Positions 1-13,066 of a DNA stretch of 64,000 bases are shown piece after piece (positions within the stretch are counted from its first letter, which is position 1; every line of letters begins with the position of its first letter). A program made the position numbers and the translations under genes. Under the pieces are notes generated by a model. It searched no databases. It had not been told where the DNA came from and worked only from the letters and a program-made list of their open reading frames with translations. Source of the DNA: Tubulanus polymorphus (taxonomy: Eukaryota > Animalia > Nemertea); the NCBI RefSeq assembly GCF_964204645.1, contig NC_134033.1:14268655-14332654 (forward strand), in the 5' to 3' direction.

Positions 1-1465
1 ATATTCGATCGAATTCCGATCGATATTCGCGCGGTCTTCTACACCTGTCAAGCTGTACATGCGTCGTGTATATATTTATAATGCCTAACTAGATATATTA
101 GTTCTGGATCTCTAGTATTTGTACACTTAACATGAGATTAACATACGATGATTTACCGTCGATGTATTCAATTCCTTTTGAATTATTTTGCCGAAAAAAA
201 AGGTATTTCCACCTAAATGTGCGTATAGCCTATCTAGATTCAGTTCACTTAGATATAAAAAATACTAAATTTGTTCGGACCTCACTAATGAATTCATCAT
301 TATGTAGATATCGAATTGATATGATGCGGAATCTTGTTGGCTGAAAAATGGCCTTCATTTCGAATATATACATTTCGTGTTATCGTTTCGTGCATACTCT
401 CATTTCGTAGCGGTACATTGTATCTTGTTTTACATTTTATATAAAGTAAACGACTGTTGCTTTTGTTTCAAGTTAATTAAAATGAATTTTGTGTATCATT
501 CCTGAAAATAATATGTATACTTTCTGTTAAAAAGCTTGGTTTTTTTATTCCCTGTTTCGGTCGTCCGCACCTAAACGTCTGAATCTCGTTGACGTCGTAA
601 GGAGAATGGAAATCGATACAATAAAGCTGGGATTCGAACCTGATAGCACCACTATTAGAGAAACGACTGTCCTACATGCACTATCCCTGCGTTTTAAGCA
701 TATTGTTATTTTTTGTCGAGTAGCGCGGTATTGTTTCTAGAAACAATATTTACCTTAAAAAATCGGAAGAATGCAGATGCTAAACAATAACACATGGGTA
801 TCTAAAGTGATACTCACAGTGTTGAGGTTGTTTATCCACTATGCATGTAAGGTGCCTCGTGCATAACTAACTTATCGACTAATGCGCATGTATTTGATAT
901 CTTTCGGGGCAATATAGCGATGGAACTTCAACAGGCCTTTTATACAATGAATTTCAATTTAGACGGCCGAAGGTTTACGTGGAGTAATCAAACCCTGGCA
1001 AGCGAGGATGTGCGCACAAATAAATAATGATTCGAGCACAGAACACAGTTACTCATCTATGTACGAATCTTTATTGCATTATTTAGAGGTAGGACATTAT
1101 TTTCAGTTACCGGTCAAACCACCGGAGCACGTCTTCTTATTAAGCCTCAGGCGAGCGGCAATCGATGGATAGTTAAAAGATCACATTATAGGTCTAAGAA
1201 AAAGGGCCAATTCCAATATCTGTTGCCAAATTTTGAAGATAACCGATCGGTCGAAACGTCAAATGCTCATTTAGCATTTTCTTTCTATTGTAGGTCTTTA
1301 CTTCAAACTGTCTATGGAAACTAACACGGCAGTATTCAGATATCATAAGCAAGAGCATAGATATCATAAGCAAACCAGCCGACCTGGTTAAGTTGTAACT
1401 TCCCCCCCCCCCCCCAATATATTAGGTGGATGCATTTAGAGAAATGTATAAGGGTATGGCATATA

Positions 1466-1676
1466 GGCTAAAAATGATCCCTTGTTTCCTCCTAATCGGC
1501 CGGGTCATTTTGTGGACCGCAAAAAAAATTCCTGATCAGTACATTTCTGGGGGCGCCTGTTATGGTTAGCCTGACCATCATTGAAAAAGTAATGTGCGTA
1601 CAGGGTAGATAGGCGGTAGGCCGAGTCAACTTGTAAGCTCAACGAAAATGAGAAACAAAGTATCAATTTTTTAGCC
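1466..1676. mobile_element. PIF/Harbinger-type MITE (GGCTAAAA...TTTTAGCC), family A
   Basis: Terminal inverted repeats with a 3-bp duplication (ATA). Homologous copies lie at 37916-38134, ~18520-18643 (partial) and ~47099-47298. Confidence 0.7.
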
Positions 1677-1861
1677 ATATTTTGAGATGAGACAATATGG
1701 ATCGCTGCGATTGTAAGAGCCCGGTGTGGCTCAGTTGACTGGGTATAGAGTAGATCCGACGTAATTCGGGTCTACAGCTCCTATTCCAGTGGTTATAAAT
1801 TATATGCGCTACCCACAAAGCGATCGAAGCGTTTTCTTTCCTGTTGTCAAAAAATATAATA

Positions 1862-2808
1862 TCAGTCGGGTTTAATTTCGGTAGCAACCTGACAGTGGTT
1901 CCCCCTGGTGTCCAAACTACGCGCCAGCGCTCCCAATACGCCTATATAACCGCCGTGACGTAAAAACTTCGGCCGCACGCACCAATCACCGTGCTGAAAT
2001 TCAAAAACATACATTTTGAGTAGTTTCTAGTATGACGAATATCGTATCAAAGTTGATGGATTTTTTTAGATTATTGACCTCAATTCTTACCATAGATATC
2101 TGAGGCATGAGATTCAGGTAAGCGCGTGCTATGTGATTCTGGTTCATGAACGACCCGACGTAGTAAACAGTATGAGTTTTGATTTCTCGAGCCAACAGCA
2201 CGCCGACATTCAGTAGTCCATCGACGACACTGTTCATCAGCGCGCGCGCCAGATCTTCGCGTTCCGGTACAAGTTCATCTAAATTACGATAAATAGGAAT
2301 TGGAATACTGTATGTCACCAGATTTAAAAAAAAAAAACATGAAATCTATATCGCATCCAAATTTCATGGCCCTTAGTGTTACCGATTTTATGGGCCCGCA
2401 TCTATGAAACTCAGCTTCAGGTCTTCGGGTGTAAACTTTCTATCTATTCTCACCAGCACTGGTAAGAAGTGTATGTACCAGCATATCGCGTATCTTATAA
2501 ATTTGTAAATAAATTATTTGAAATATTTCAAGGGGTTCCTTACCCCCCCTTGATTAGACCGAAGCCAAAAATATGTCAGACATTTTGTAAATGACAAAAA
2601 TAGTTCTTTCCTCTATCCTCAAGTCAGGGATTTTACATCGTCATCAACTCATCACAAATATTGTGATTTCATTTACGAAGATCAGAATGTCTTCTCGATC
2701 GATTCCCCAAAATCTTACCGTCTGTGAGTATTCGACCGAAGGGCAACGTTTCCTTCACTTGACAGAGATTGTGTCGATGTTGCGGCGGGTGGCAGTTCGT
2801 CGAAGCGC

Positions 2809-2841
<33 letters not shown>

Positions 2842-5800
2842 CGTTCGCGTTGAAAGTGGCGTATTTCTCTGTGAGGATCTCGTCCAAACAGACGGACAGA
2901 TGAGCGGAATTACCGGCGCCAGCCAGCGACATTAATTCATCGTACGACTAGAAATGTGCAAGAAACGAAGAACAAGAAAACTAACTTAAAAGTTTATTGA
3001 TGCCTCGGAAAATAACACATAGGTTGCATGATATCGTCGACAATGAATGATATATATGAACTATATGATATCATGGATCAATAAAGTTATTTCGTATTTG
3101 AATATATGAATCATTGAATTGAATTGACCGGCAACCAGTCTAGAACCGACATATTGAGCGCTATTGTTATCACAAAATATACGCCAAGATTCGCGAAAGT
3201 TTTTCACCTAAATCTTTGTAAATCTTTCAATATGATTATTTTGATTCTTTCATTTGCGATTTGAATTTCATTAGAACTACACCACTTTTAAAGTCGTTCA
3301 AATAGTTTTAGGCCTATAGCCACTACAACTCGCCGAATTTTTAGTTATTTCCGAAGACTTTCAAATAGCACCTCGCGGGTCACAGCTGTAGATGATTGAC
3401 ATTAACCATGTCAATTGGATATATTTACCTTACATCCAGTCAGCAGTTTGCCCAGGGAATGGAAATATGTGCCACACCGACTGTCGTTGTGTAAATAATT
3501 CCACGTCCCATCAGTTTCTACCTACATAAATGTACATGTATTCAAACAAACTTATTACATTCACTATCTTTTGTATTACAGTGAAACCTCGTTACAACGA
3601 ACTTCGCGGGACCAGAAAACCTGTTCGTTATAACTGATAGTTCGTTAAATTCAGTATGAAAATAATGAAAAATTCGGACAAAATTTTATATTTGTTATAT
3701 CCGATGAATCGTTGTTTCCGAGTTCGTTATAACGAGGTTCCACTGTATTAGAGACGTATTAACGGAAGAAAAAATAATAATTTTGAAATCGGTTATAAAT
3801 TCAAGAAGTTTCTGAATCTTATACGAAACGAAAGAAAGAGGATCGTACGTGTCAGGAAAGCGTGATCATACAAGATAGAAATGTTAGCGTCATTCGAAGA
3901 TTTAGTGGTGGACATCGCACCTTAAGAAAGCTGACAGTTGAACCAGCTACACACAGCAATGCCGGGAACCGCACCGCATTGTCGGCGTCGATTTCGTCTT
4001 CTTCAGGATACGCAATTAGGGAACCATCGTACTCATCGCTAGGGGGCGTTGTCGAGTATTGATTGAGGAGTTCTTCGTCTGACAGGATAAAATGGAAGCC
4101 GCTTGAAAAACAGGTGAATTCGTCTGCCTCGGAGACACTGTAAAATAAACAATCGAATTGAATTTAAGACGCATTGAAGAACAGCGATCCCAATAATACC
4201 CCAAAAACAATAGTACCGGTACATTTTTTTTAGAAAAAAAGACTCGTGAGGTTCATCGACCGAAAAAGCTCTTCGAATGCTCTTTCGTATGGTGCATATA
4301 GATAAAGGCTACGCGGCTCTATATGACGTCATAGTCTGAAGTAGAAACCAGACGAGTATATGTACCGCTATTGTAGAGTGGCTTCAGAAAATACTTATAA
4401 ATATTTTGCCTTTATCCTGATATCACATCTAAAAGTGCTTTAAACTCTGCATATTTGTCTTGCGTTCATGCTCATGTTCGATAAACGGGAATTCATCGAC
4501 TGGGCCGACTCCGCGTTGCATTCAGCGCAGTACACTGTACTTACTATAAAGTGCGCCGAGTTCCCGCGTGCACGATCTTTAGGGGAAAGTTCAACAGCCA
4601 GGACGAACTTCGGTTAACGGAGTTAGTCGACTTAAAGTCGAACTAAGTGAAACCGAATGTCAGTAAGACGGAACTATAGTCCGGAAATGGTCGACCACGG
4701 GAATGAGCGCGGTCGCTATATAGTTAGGACCTAGGTTCAAGATGGCCGACACTATGAAATGCGTTGCGGCCGAACTGCAGTGCGTTCGGTTAGTTTCAAC
4801 CACTAGTCGACTAGCTACGAAAACCGACGAATTTGGCCCTAAAAATACGTACTTGACTCTGAGAGTTTCTCTGATTTTCTGTCTATGTTTCATCGTACCG
4901 ACTCCTAACGTAGTAACGATTAATTTCTTCTTGACCGTCGACTGAATTCTGATCACGTAACTCAAACACTGGTCCAGATCGGCGACCACGAAACTGACCA
5001 ACGTCACGGACGTTTCCGAGGGCTACAACGAAACCGCGATCATTTTTAGTCAGGATGTGAACGTTTTCCGTACAGCCCCGGTTCCTTAATTAAGTTGCAA
5101 ATGCATCGCGTGGTCTATCGAATAATGGATTCGAGCTTCAAAACAAAAGACCAAAATGAAAAGGACCAGAAAATGTATTAAAGAATTTCGCAGTGAAGCG
5201 CATCCAAGTTTTTCTGCGAACAAAATTATTCGTAAAATTTTTTTAAATTTTCACATTTTTCCATATTTTCGTAGGAATTTCAACCTTTGGATTGTTTGAA
5301 CTTTATCACTGTATATCTTGCCGCTGGACGACCGTGAAATGTATGACGATTGGTTTCGTTAACAAGTAACTAGACCCAACCCCGAGTCAGATAATATCCA
5401 CGTCCCTGGGGACTACAATGATATGGGTTAAATCGGGACGCTTTTCGATTTTTATCGTTAAAAAAAAATCTTTTTTACCGATGTTTGTTGGCATTTTTCA
5501 CATGGTTTCTGCCGCGGTTGTTGTTCTGTACACTGTCGATTGTACAAGTGGCCTACCTTGATCAGCGAACAACCTGGAAAATATCGAGTCACGTCCGTCA
5601 TATTTTGAAAACAAGAAACGCAAACATCGCTCTACTTATTCGGTTTTCCCAGATGAATGGATCAATCGGTCGTTGAGCCGTCGTATAGATTACTTACTAG
5701 ACACACAAACAGTAGAATGGCCTATATTCAGTTTTCTGTGTGAAAAACAGCAGCTGTTAATTCCATTTTAAAAACTACATATTTTGATCCGCATATGCAA

Positions 5801-8800
5801 CGTATTCAAGCGCAAAATATATTTTGCTCGATATCTTTAATCCTCGGCCCAGTCTGTTTCAAAAAGCTAGTTGCAATTAATTTCATTGCTGCTGTGTTCA
5901 TCGAGTATAATCGTACATTTTTTGGTGAAACTGGCTCCAGCACTTTAACCCTCAACCCGCCAGTCGGTCGCCAAAACTGCTGTCAACAGGATTTTCGGCC
6001 CGGATCGACGACAGAAGACATGTTGCCGAAAAGCACGCCCGATATTTTATGTGTTTAGTTTTGCCTTACGCGCGTTAGTTACCAACTCCTGACATAGGTC
6101 ACGTGATTATTCATCGGTTCTGTGCGAGTCGATTGTGCGCTACGTCATCAATATTCGCGTTTCAAAATAACGATTACAATTATGAATTTTGGCGTTTATT
6201 TCGTAATCAAATACATTTCATAAATCTTATTTCATTTTTGATAGATTTTGATAATGATTTTATTTAGAGGATGTGCACTACGCCATCAGTATATCGGAGC
6301 CAGACTGGTTGCCGGTCAATTCAATACAATTATCGGTATATTCAAATTCAAAATAACTTCATGGACAATAGATATCAGAACGAAGAGGCTGTCTCTAGCC
6401 TTCTTTGATGGTAAATACTGATACGATGATATGAAACGTATTATGAATGTAAGCTGTTGTTGAAAAGAAATGCCGTATTGTATCTCAAGTCAATAAAATA
6501 AAGTTCCAGCTTTCCTGCAGAGAGACCACCCGTGTTTTTCCAAACACAACGAGTGAAGCAGGTGATTCAATAATGAATGGTTCAGTGGCCGTAGTACAGT
6601 CGAGACGGATACGAGAGTCACTTTCGATCCCTGTTATTGATAAAAATGCCGCCATTTTCCAGTCGTCAACACCGATATCAAATCGAAGTTCTAAGAGCTT
6701 GTCTCGTACAATACTCGACGCGAGTTGGAGAGAATCATTATGACGATGCCGGTTGTAAATTTAGTTGCTGGATGATACATAATGACACTATCCACATAGT
6801 TGCATAAGAGTCTTCAGCTCGACAATCCAACGACGCATAACTTCCGAACATATCGTTAAGGAGAATAACGAGAGAGGCGAACGAACTTTACCACACTTTC
6901 AGCTAGCTGAATTCTAAATAACCACGAATCAGGGGCGCTTTTAGGAACTCCGAATATGGTCGGGGCGGCGGGGGTTGGGTAAAGCGTAGTTTTATAGCCT
7001 ATTATTAGTACGCGAGCAGCCAATACCTTTAAGAACAAAGATTTTTGAGGGTTTGGATAAATTCTAAAATTGTACATAATATTCTGAGCGTGGTTCGAAA
7101 ACAGAATGATTACTAGCAATAATTTGCCCAACTCTTTCTTGAGGCAGGTTGTGAAAATCTTGACAATAAATAAGGGGCCTCCCCTTATTCTGCCCCTCAT
7201 CAAGCTATCCCGTTTAATCCATAGTAGCATGGTGGAATACGTAGATTCTTGAGTTTCGTAAACAGCGCGGATACGAAAAAACGCTGATTGTGTAACAGAC
7301 GGTTCCGCCATTCAAACCGTTAGTTTACAGCATCGTCTGGTTTTCAGAAAAAATATCACCTCATTATTCTCTGCGCGCGCGGTCGATGAACTCTCGACAA
7401 TCGAAAACAAAATACTTTAGGTGCACGCCAGAGGTCACACGTAATGTTTGAACACGCGTCATCAAACTGGACGTCACGTAGCGGGGAACGGTGACTTTTT
7501 ACGTAGCCTACTTCGGTTAACTGCTTAGCGTCCGATATGACACGCTTTGACGTCAGATGCATTAACTAGCTCTATCATCTACGAATACAGCGACCTTCTT
7601 TTTGGGCGGAGGTATCGTCTCAACGGGTCTAAACAGTTAGTTCCAAATCGGCAGGGATGGTCATTGACTCGACCGTTGAAGAATTTGTTTATTTATTATT
7701 TGAGCAACGGAAAGAAACTTGGTCGCGACACAAACGGAAGAAATGCTCCGAGAAGCGTTAGGGTTCGGAGAGTCCTTTGCGGGCGAGCGATTATATCATT
7801 AATCGATGTAGGCTCTGACATTTTTTTGCATATATAACCAAACAGTTCAGCATAAACACAAGTACAATACTAGTACTACGGATATACTATGTAATATTGC
7901 ATGAATCGGTTGTAATTTGCTGCAATGATATATCACCGGCATGATGCGTAAAATAACGACGCAATTCGGACCATATACATATATATATGACTCCATCAAT
8001 CAACCTACATGGTACTATGCACATTACGCTACCTTATCGCATACGGCGCTGGATTTCCTGCGTTAATCCCGCTGGAAATGAATAAAAAGCAGCAAATATG
8101 CTGTTCCGATGTAGTGACAGCCTGGTTTGCGCATACTAAAATGAGTCTGCGTCAAATATACCATATGGCGAATTATGGCCAGGGGCTTTCGAAAACGGCC
8201 TTATCGAAAACATCATTTTTATCAAGCTCAGTTCATTAGAATATTACATCAGAAACTAGGCCTTAATATGTATATTTGTTTTTCACCACAAAGAACGACC
8301 AATAAACTGGCCCGTATTTGGGGGGAGGGGGCTGTCGGGGGTTCGAACGAACGAAGTTCTTTAAATTAAGAAAATCTAAAAATTAATTTTAAAAAAGCAC
8401 TGTATTTGTTTTTGTTCGAAATATCCCTCCACACAAACTTGTTTTGAGGCCAATTTGTAGGAGAAAGGAGCAAAATTTTCACCCCAAATATATGTGCTAG
8501 AAATTGTGAAATTGCTCTATTTGCATCTCATCTTCAAAAGTTTTCTGTGCGAGTACTCTAAGGATTCGACATTTGCTTTGGTACCTTACTTACAGCAAGT
8601 TCTAATCTCATGAAAATCGAACCCCCCTCCCAAAAAATGGCCCGGGTAAGAACCCGCAACCTTTCCATTGAACTAACGGTGCTTACCGGATTTTAAATTA
8701 TTGCAAAGTCCCCTTCCGAAATGCCAGGTCCACAATTTTGAGCCCGCATCGCTTCAAAACTAAGCCTAACGCCGTTAGTTTGCGATTTACCCTAGAAAGG

Positions 8801-9000
8801 TCATTCACCTCGCAAGCATGTATCATACGGTGCTCTGTGGAATACATACCGATGTCAACGGCGAAATACACGCACCCGCAAGTACACGGCAAATACGAAG
8901 GCCACAATTCATCTTCCAGATACAATCCTCTGATATCATCGCATGATTCGATACGATTCCGATGTAGCATATTATGATAGTTTTCAGTTTGTTCTTCCAT
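1862..9000 (-). CDS. Divergent stand-alone pantothenate kinase-like protein (type II/fumble, PANK4-like N-terminal domain), 424 aa, 8 exons
   Basis: Phase-consistent GT-AG exons 9000-8850, 5573-5479, 5022-4853, 4137-3921, 3521-3429, 2947-2719, 2278-2091, 1993-1862 (1275 nt, ATG..TGA). Motifs occur in PanK order: YFAVDIG|CSLIK, TTLGVG, EADEFTCFSSGFHFIL, FPALLCVAGSTVSFLK|VETDG, LGKLLTGCK|SYDELMSLA, REDLARAL, VYYVGSF, KFLRHGGYIGVLGAL. There is no C-terminal phosphatase domain. Confidence 0.85.
2975..3150. repeat. Dispersed unclassified repeat (core GAATTGACCGGCAACCAGTCTAG)
   Basis: Related copies at ~6290-6375 (reverse), ~42640-42830 (same orientation) and ~53015-53170 (reverse). Confidence 0.65.
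3579..3745. mobile_element. Tc1/mariner (pogo/Tigger-like) MITE
   Basis: TA|CAGTGAAACCTCGTTACAACGAAC...GTTCGTTATAACGAGGTTCCACTG|TA. Relatives at ~41007-41170, ~47396-47417, ~49110-49280 and ~53440-53799. Confidence 0.75.
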
Positions 9001-9941
9001 TGATGTTTAGAGCGATCGCTATAACGCAGTCGGTATACTGCGCGATCTGATCGAGAGAGTGGCGCTTCGGTTTACGTCCGTGCGTGGCGCCGCGTTAAAA
9101 ATCACTATCCAGGTTCGTGTACACGCAAAAGTCGCGCGCCGAACCGTCTGTCCTCATTACAAGAAATTGATTCCCATACGACGACGCTGGGAACCACGGA
9201 AACAAGCTACAGGAACATGTTTCCGAGCGTTTCCCTATATCTGCGTGCGAGGGAACGAGAAACACGGTTATGGTAACGCTGTTTCCGAGATCAGATATCC
9301 GGGTGGATACAGGGGGACCAGGGGGGTCCAGTCGCCCCTAAACTTTTTAAGATGCCCTCAAAACTTTTAGGAAAAAAAATGTAAATGATTCCCACACGAC
9401 AGGCATAGCCATAAGATAAGCTTGGAGAACACCAACATTTTCTGACATTTTTTGAGGAAGGGCCCCCTTTTTGATGGCTTCACGCCTTTGGAGCTTGCCA
9501 CGTCGAGGCGCCCTTCACCATTTTAATTTTGTGTCCATCAGTACCCTAGTCCGGGACCCACCTTCCAAAAATCCTGGCTCCACCCTTGTTATCCTGTTGC
9601 CAACATGCAGGATGCCCGGCCGGATGAGGTATTAACCGCAATCATCTCTACACCCATTTTAACGATTAAGAGAAAGTGACTGTGAAATAATACGCGCACA
9701 TACCGAGGTTCGAACCCGGAATGGATATCGGATCTCTCCTCCCCTCGACCGACTAACTCGGGTTCGCGCGGTGTGCGCAGAACATTTTTTTGAAATCTTC
9801 TTTTTTCACAAAGCCTCCGTGCCGCCGCGATAAAATATTAACGACGATTTTACAACAAAATCTGACGGAAAGCGCGTGCAACGAAATAAATCAAAGAATT
9901 TAGAAAGCAATCGGTACCAAATGGCGGCGATGTTTTGCGCT

Positions 9942-9949
9942 TATAAATA
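9942..9949 (+). promoter_or_regulatory. TATA box of the 8-Cys peptide gene
   Basis: TATAAATA lies 71 bp upstream of the ATG at 10013. Confidence 0.55.
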
Positions 9950-10012
9950 CGTACGGCGCTAGGTGGTCTTACTAAGTTTCTGTCTAGTATTCTTGGTCAG
10001 ACGGACGGGATC

Positions 10013-11063
10013 ATGTTCTCATCGAAGGTAAGTCATGCGAAATTGATCCGTTCTTGAACTTATCGATCAGTTTAGATAGCTGTAGTCATGAATATAGGAA
10101 CGCCCTGTTAGCCTAACCGTGGTTGTGGCTTATCCGTGGTAAGGTTAACCATCTCAAAATAAGAGGCCACACGAAGACAATGGTTAGCTAAGAGCGTTTT
10201 CTGCGCATATTATGCCTAACCACCCACGGTTAGCACGAACAGGGTTTTCCTGCGCGGACGCGCGATCGAAATTGCAAGATGGCGTCGCAGCTTCGAACAT
10301 ATGCCAGTATTTTGATGATAAATGGAGAATCTCCCATAATGAAAGATGAAGTTGGAAAAGTTTCCTTAAAGCTATAATAATTCATTGATTCAACGTTTCG
10401 ACTATAACCTAATAGTCATCTTCAGGATTTTTTCGGACTTCACCTTTCTCGTTAGGCTTATTAGTATCCGGAGATTCATAATTTTTTGTAATTTCACGAA
10501 ATTTTCATAATTTCACGAAAAACCACAGGCTTGCAGAGGTGAAGAAAACTTACTATAAAATTTGCAAACTTCTATAACAAGCACGTGTATCAAATAGACA
10601 AATGCTATTTTTGTGTGCAGGCCGACGCTAAATCCTTCCGTCGCAAGCGGGTGAAGGATAAGACCCGCAATTTCATTTCATCATTACCATGATCTCAACG
10701 GGGAGGTTCACTTTAAGGCGCGACACATTCCCAGAAAATCACTACAGGGTGTGATTTTTTGAAAAACATCCCAAGTTCACGCGACTCTGAAAAATAAAGA
10801 TTTTCATCGCGTAGCAAATCGCGTTATTTAACGACTCGTTTCTTATCGTTTTTCAGACAACGATTGTTCTGTTGATCGTCTGCGCAACAGCAGCGATGAC
10901 CTTGACCGGCGCGATTACGGTGAGAGAGGAACGCGAGTGTGACATGCATTGCCACAACGATTGCACGACGGAAAATAGTTGCCTCTCCAGTTCATTGCCG
11001 AACACCTGCTACAGACTGTGTAACGACCTATGTGGTGTTTGCGTCACGGTGCCAACACCTTAG
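10013..11063 (+). CDS. Secreted cysteine-rich peptide precursor (73 aa, 8 Cys in the mature region); toxin/defence-peptide-like
   Basis: Exon 1 is 10013-10027 (MFSSK|gtaagt). Exon 2 is 10857-11063 after tttttcag, in frame: TTIVLLIVCATAAMTLTGA-ITVREERECDMHCHNDCTTENSCLSSSLPNTCYRLCNDLCGVCVTVPTP*. It has a hydrophobic signal peptide, an upstream TATA box and AATAAA at 11100. Confidence 0.8.
10392..10425 (-). ncRNA. Minimal hammerhead-ribozyme-like motif (Penelope-type)
   Basis: The minus strand reads CTGAAGA-T-GACTAT-taggtt-ATAGTC-GAAA-CGT-T: intact core, 6-bp stem II and palindromic ACGT helix III. Stem I is weak. Homologues at 28993-29026, 51903-51936 and 1233-1260. Confidence 0.55.
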
Positions 11064-11379
11064 TTACGTAATTACTCGAATATTAAGTGTATACTTATAA
11101 ATAAATGTTTGGCTGAATTCAATTTCAAGTTTTTCCATTGCACTAATGTCAATCACGGTCGAATATATATTAGTCTGAACAATTGAAAAAATCGTATTCC
11201 ACGGTATGCAAGATGGCCTACATGATCACTGATGGTACACACTTCCATGGTTTATTGTTTCACATTGGTTGAGCTTGGATGTATGCAGAATAGAGGATGA
11301 ACAGGGGTGTCCGTGGTTCGCGCCCAGTGATTACCCTGGCACTGATTCAATACAAACAACAAAAAATTATCTATTTTTC

Positions 11380-11559
<180 letters not shown>

Positions 11560-13066
11560 CACTTTATACTTTTTTGAATACATCGTCTCAGACATTCGTT
11601 GTCTACTTGAAGGAATGAGAACTCCGGACTCAATGAAACCAGTAAAACTGGTATCATCATAGAACAACATTAGGTTTGCCGAATTACATGATTTGATCAT
11701 CCAATGAAAATGTTGCAACAACACCATATACAATCTATGCCGTAAGACGGATCAGTTTCTAATCAGAAATTTTGAATTCACCTTGATTGTATATATATCT
11801 AAGCAATCGGTCAATGAGTGACTTTCCTATTTGAATTTCAATTTACCCTGAGAAGCCGATGAAGCGGCCCGGTCGAGATCGAATTGTTAAATTCATTTCC
11901 CTTTTAAATTCACAAAATTGTCTTTCAAAGTCAGCTTTTCGGTAGTCGGAAACTCAGCTGTCAAGTCAGCCAAAACTTTTATCCCCAAAATAGTTTGGAG
12001 AAAATTGAATACCTGATCAGAAGTCGAAGGTCCTGTTTGTTTCTTTGTTTGTTGCTCTGGACGCGACGTATCGGGTTGACGGGATTTCTTCGCGAAAACC
12101 TGGAGTGAGAAGAATTAGAGACGCCGGAAGTATCATGATGAAGATGATTGCCGTTATAGGGGACTCGGTAAGGGGGCACCTCTAAGCTGCGACGGTTTAA
12201 GCTGCGACGATGTTAGGAGGTCTTTGAAACTCTTGTGTTTAGTGTAAACCGATAACATGGAAACTTTGATGTTGCGGGCTTTGGATTCTGTTGACTTGAA
12301 CTGGGGCAGGATGAGGATAGCACTTTCACGAGCCTATCGAATCGGACGATGAACGTGAAAGATTGACCAAAAAAGAAATCCTCATCTTTAGCAATCAAAT
12401 ACGTAGTCAATACGTGATTTGGTGATTTGTGGTTGATCTTTGCGAGGCAGTCAGAGAGGGTTAAGGGCTTTTGACAAAACGACAAAACTATATTTTCTTT
12501 CTAAAGCATGGCTTTGATTAACTCATGCGATGATCGTATATGGAAAATGAAATGAACTGTGGTTAAAAAGAGACAGGTTCGATAACACCTGCGCGCGTCT
12601 GTCATCAGCCCCCACTCAACGAGAAGTTGTAAGCCTACGAACATTCGATATCAATTTGTCGGGTAAGCGCAAGTAATTACAACTTAAATGCAGGCCTAAT
12701 GTACGATAATGAACGATAAAACAATTTTGCTTTAAAGTCCATGATCAAATTAAGTTTTCTTAATTAACAAAAAAACCTCAGTGATTATTTTGAGAAGAAA
12801 GGGTGACGCTTTGAAATAAAAAAAAAAGTAAGGACGTGCACGGATGTTGTGCAAAGACTACGAGTACCATATGTAGGGTTAGGGAGCATTAAAATAGTAA
12901 TCAAATTGGAAATGAAAGTAAATTCCGATTTTGGGAGTATACCTTTATCTACGTACTTGTGTTTGAAGCAATTACGTGTACTCTGAAATTATCTACGCCG
13001 CCGCGCTTCTTAGATTTTTCATTGGCCACATACCTCGATATTTCTTTCCTTTTTTCTAGTACCTAG

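Noticed and set aside
620-690. tRNA gene (B-box GTTCGAATCC on the minus strand)
   Set aside because: No convincing cloverleaf; at most a degenerate tRNA-derived SINE fragment.
3429-4137. ZP-domain interpretation of the FTCF...CGT exons
   Set aside because: The flanking exons give a full PanK motif series instead.
5285-5369. Extra PanK-like exon (LLVNETNR...VIKFKQSK)
   Set aside because: Its end phase is incompatible; 5479 joins 5022 directly in frame.
6856-7311. 151-aa minus-strand ORF in PanK-like intron 1
   Set aside because: It has no recognisable motif and is not needed for the gene model.
12213-12485. 2A-like peptide or LINE ORF (QQNPKP)
   Set aside because: It lacks the D(V/I)ExNPGP consensus and there is no further support.
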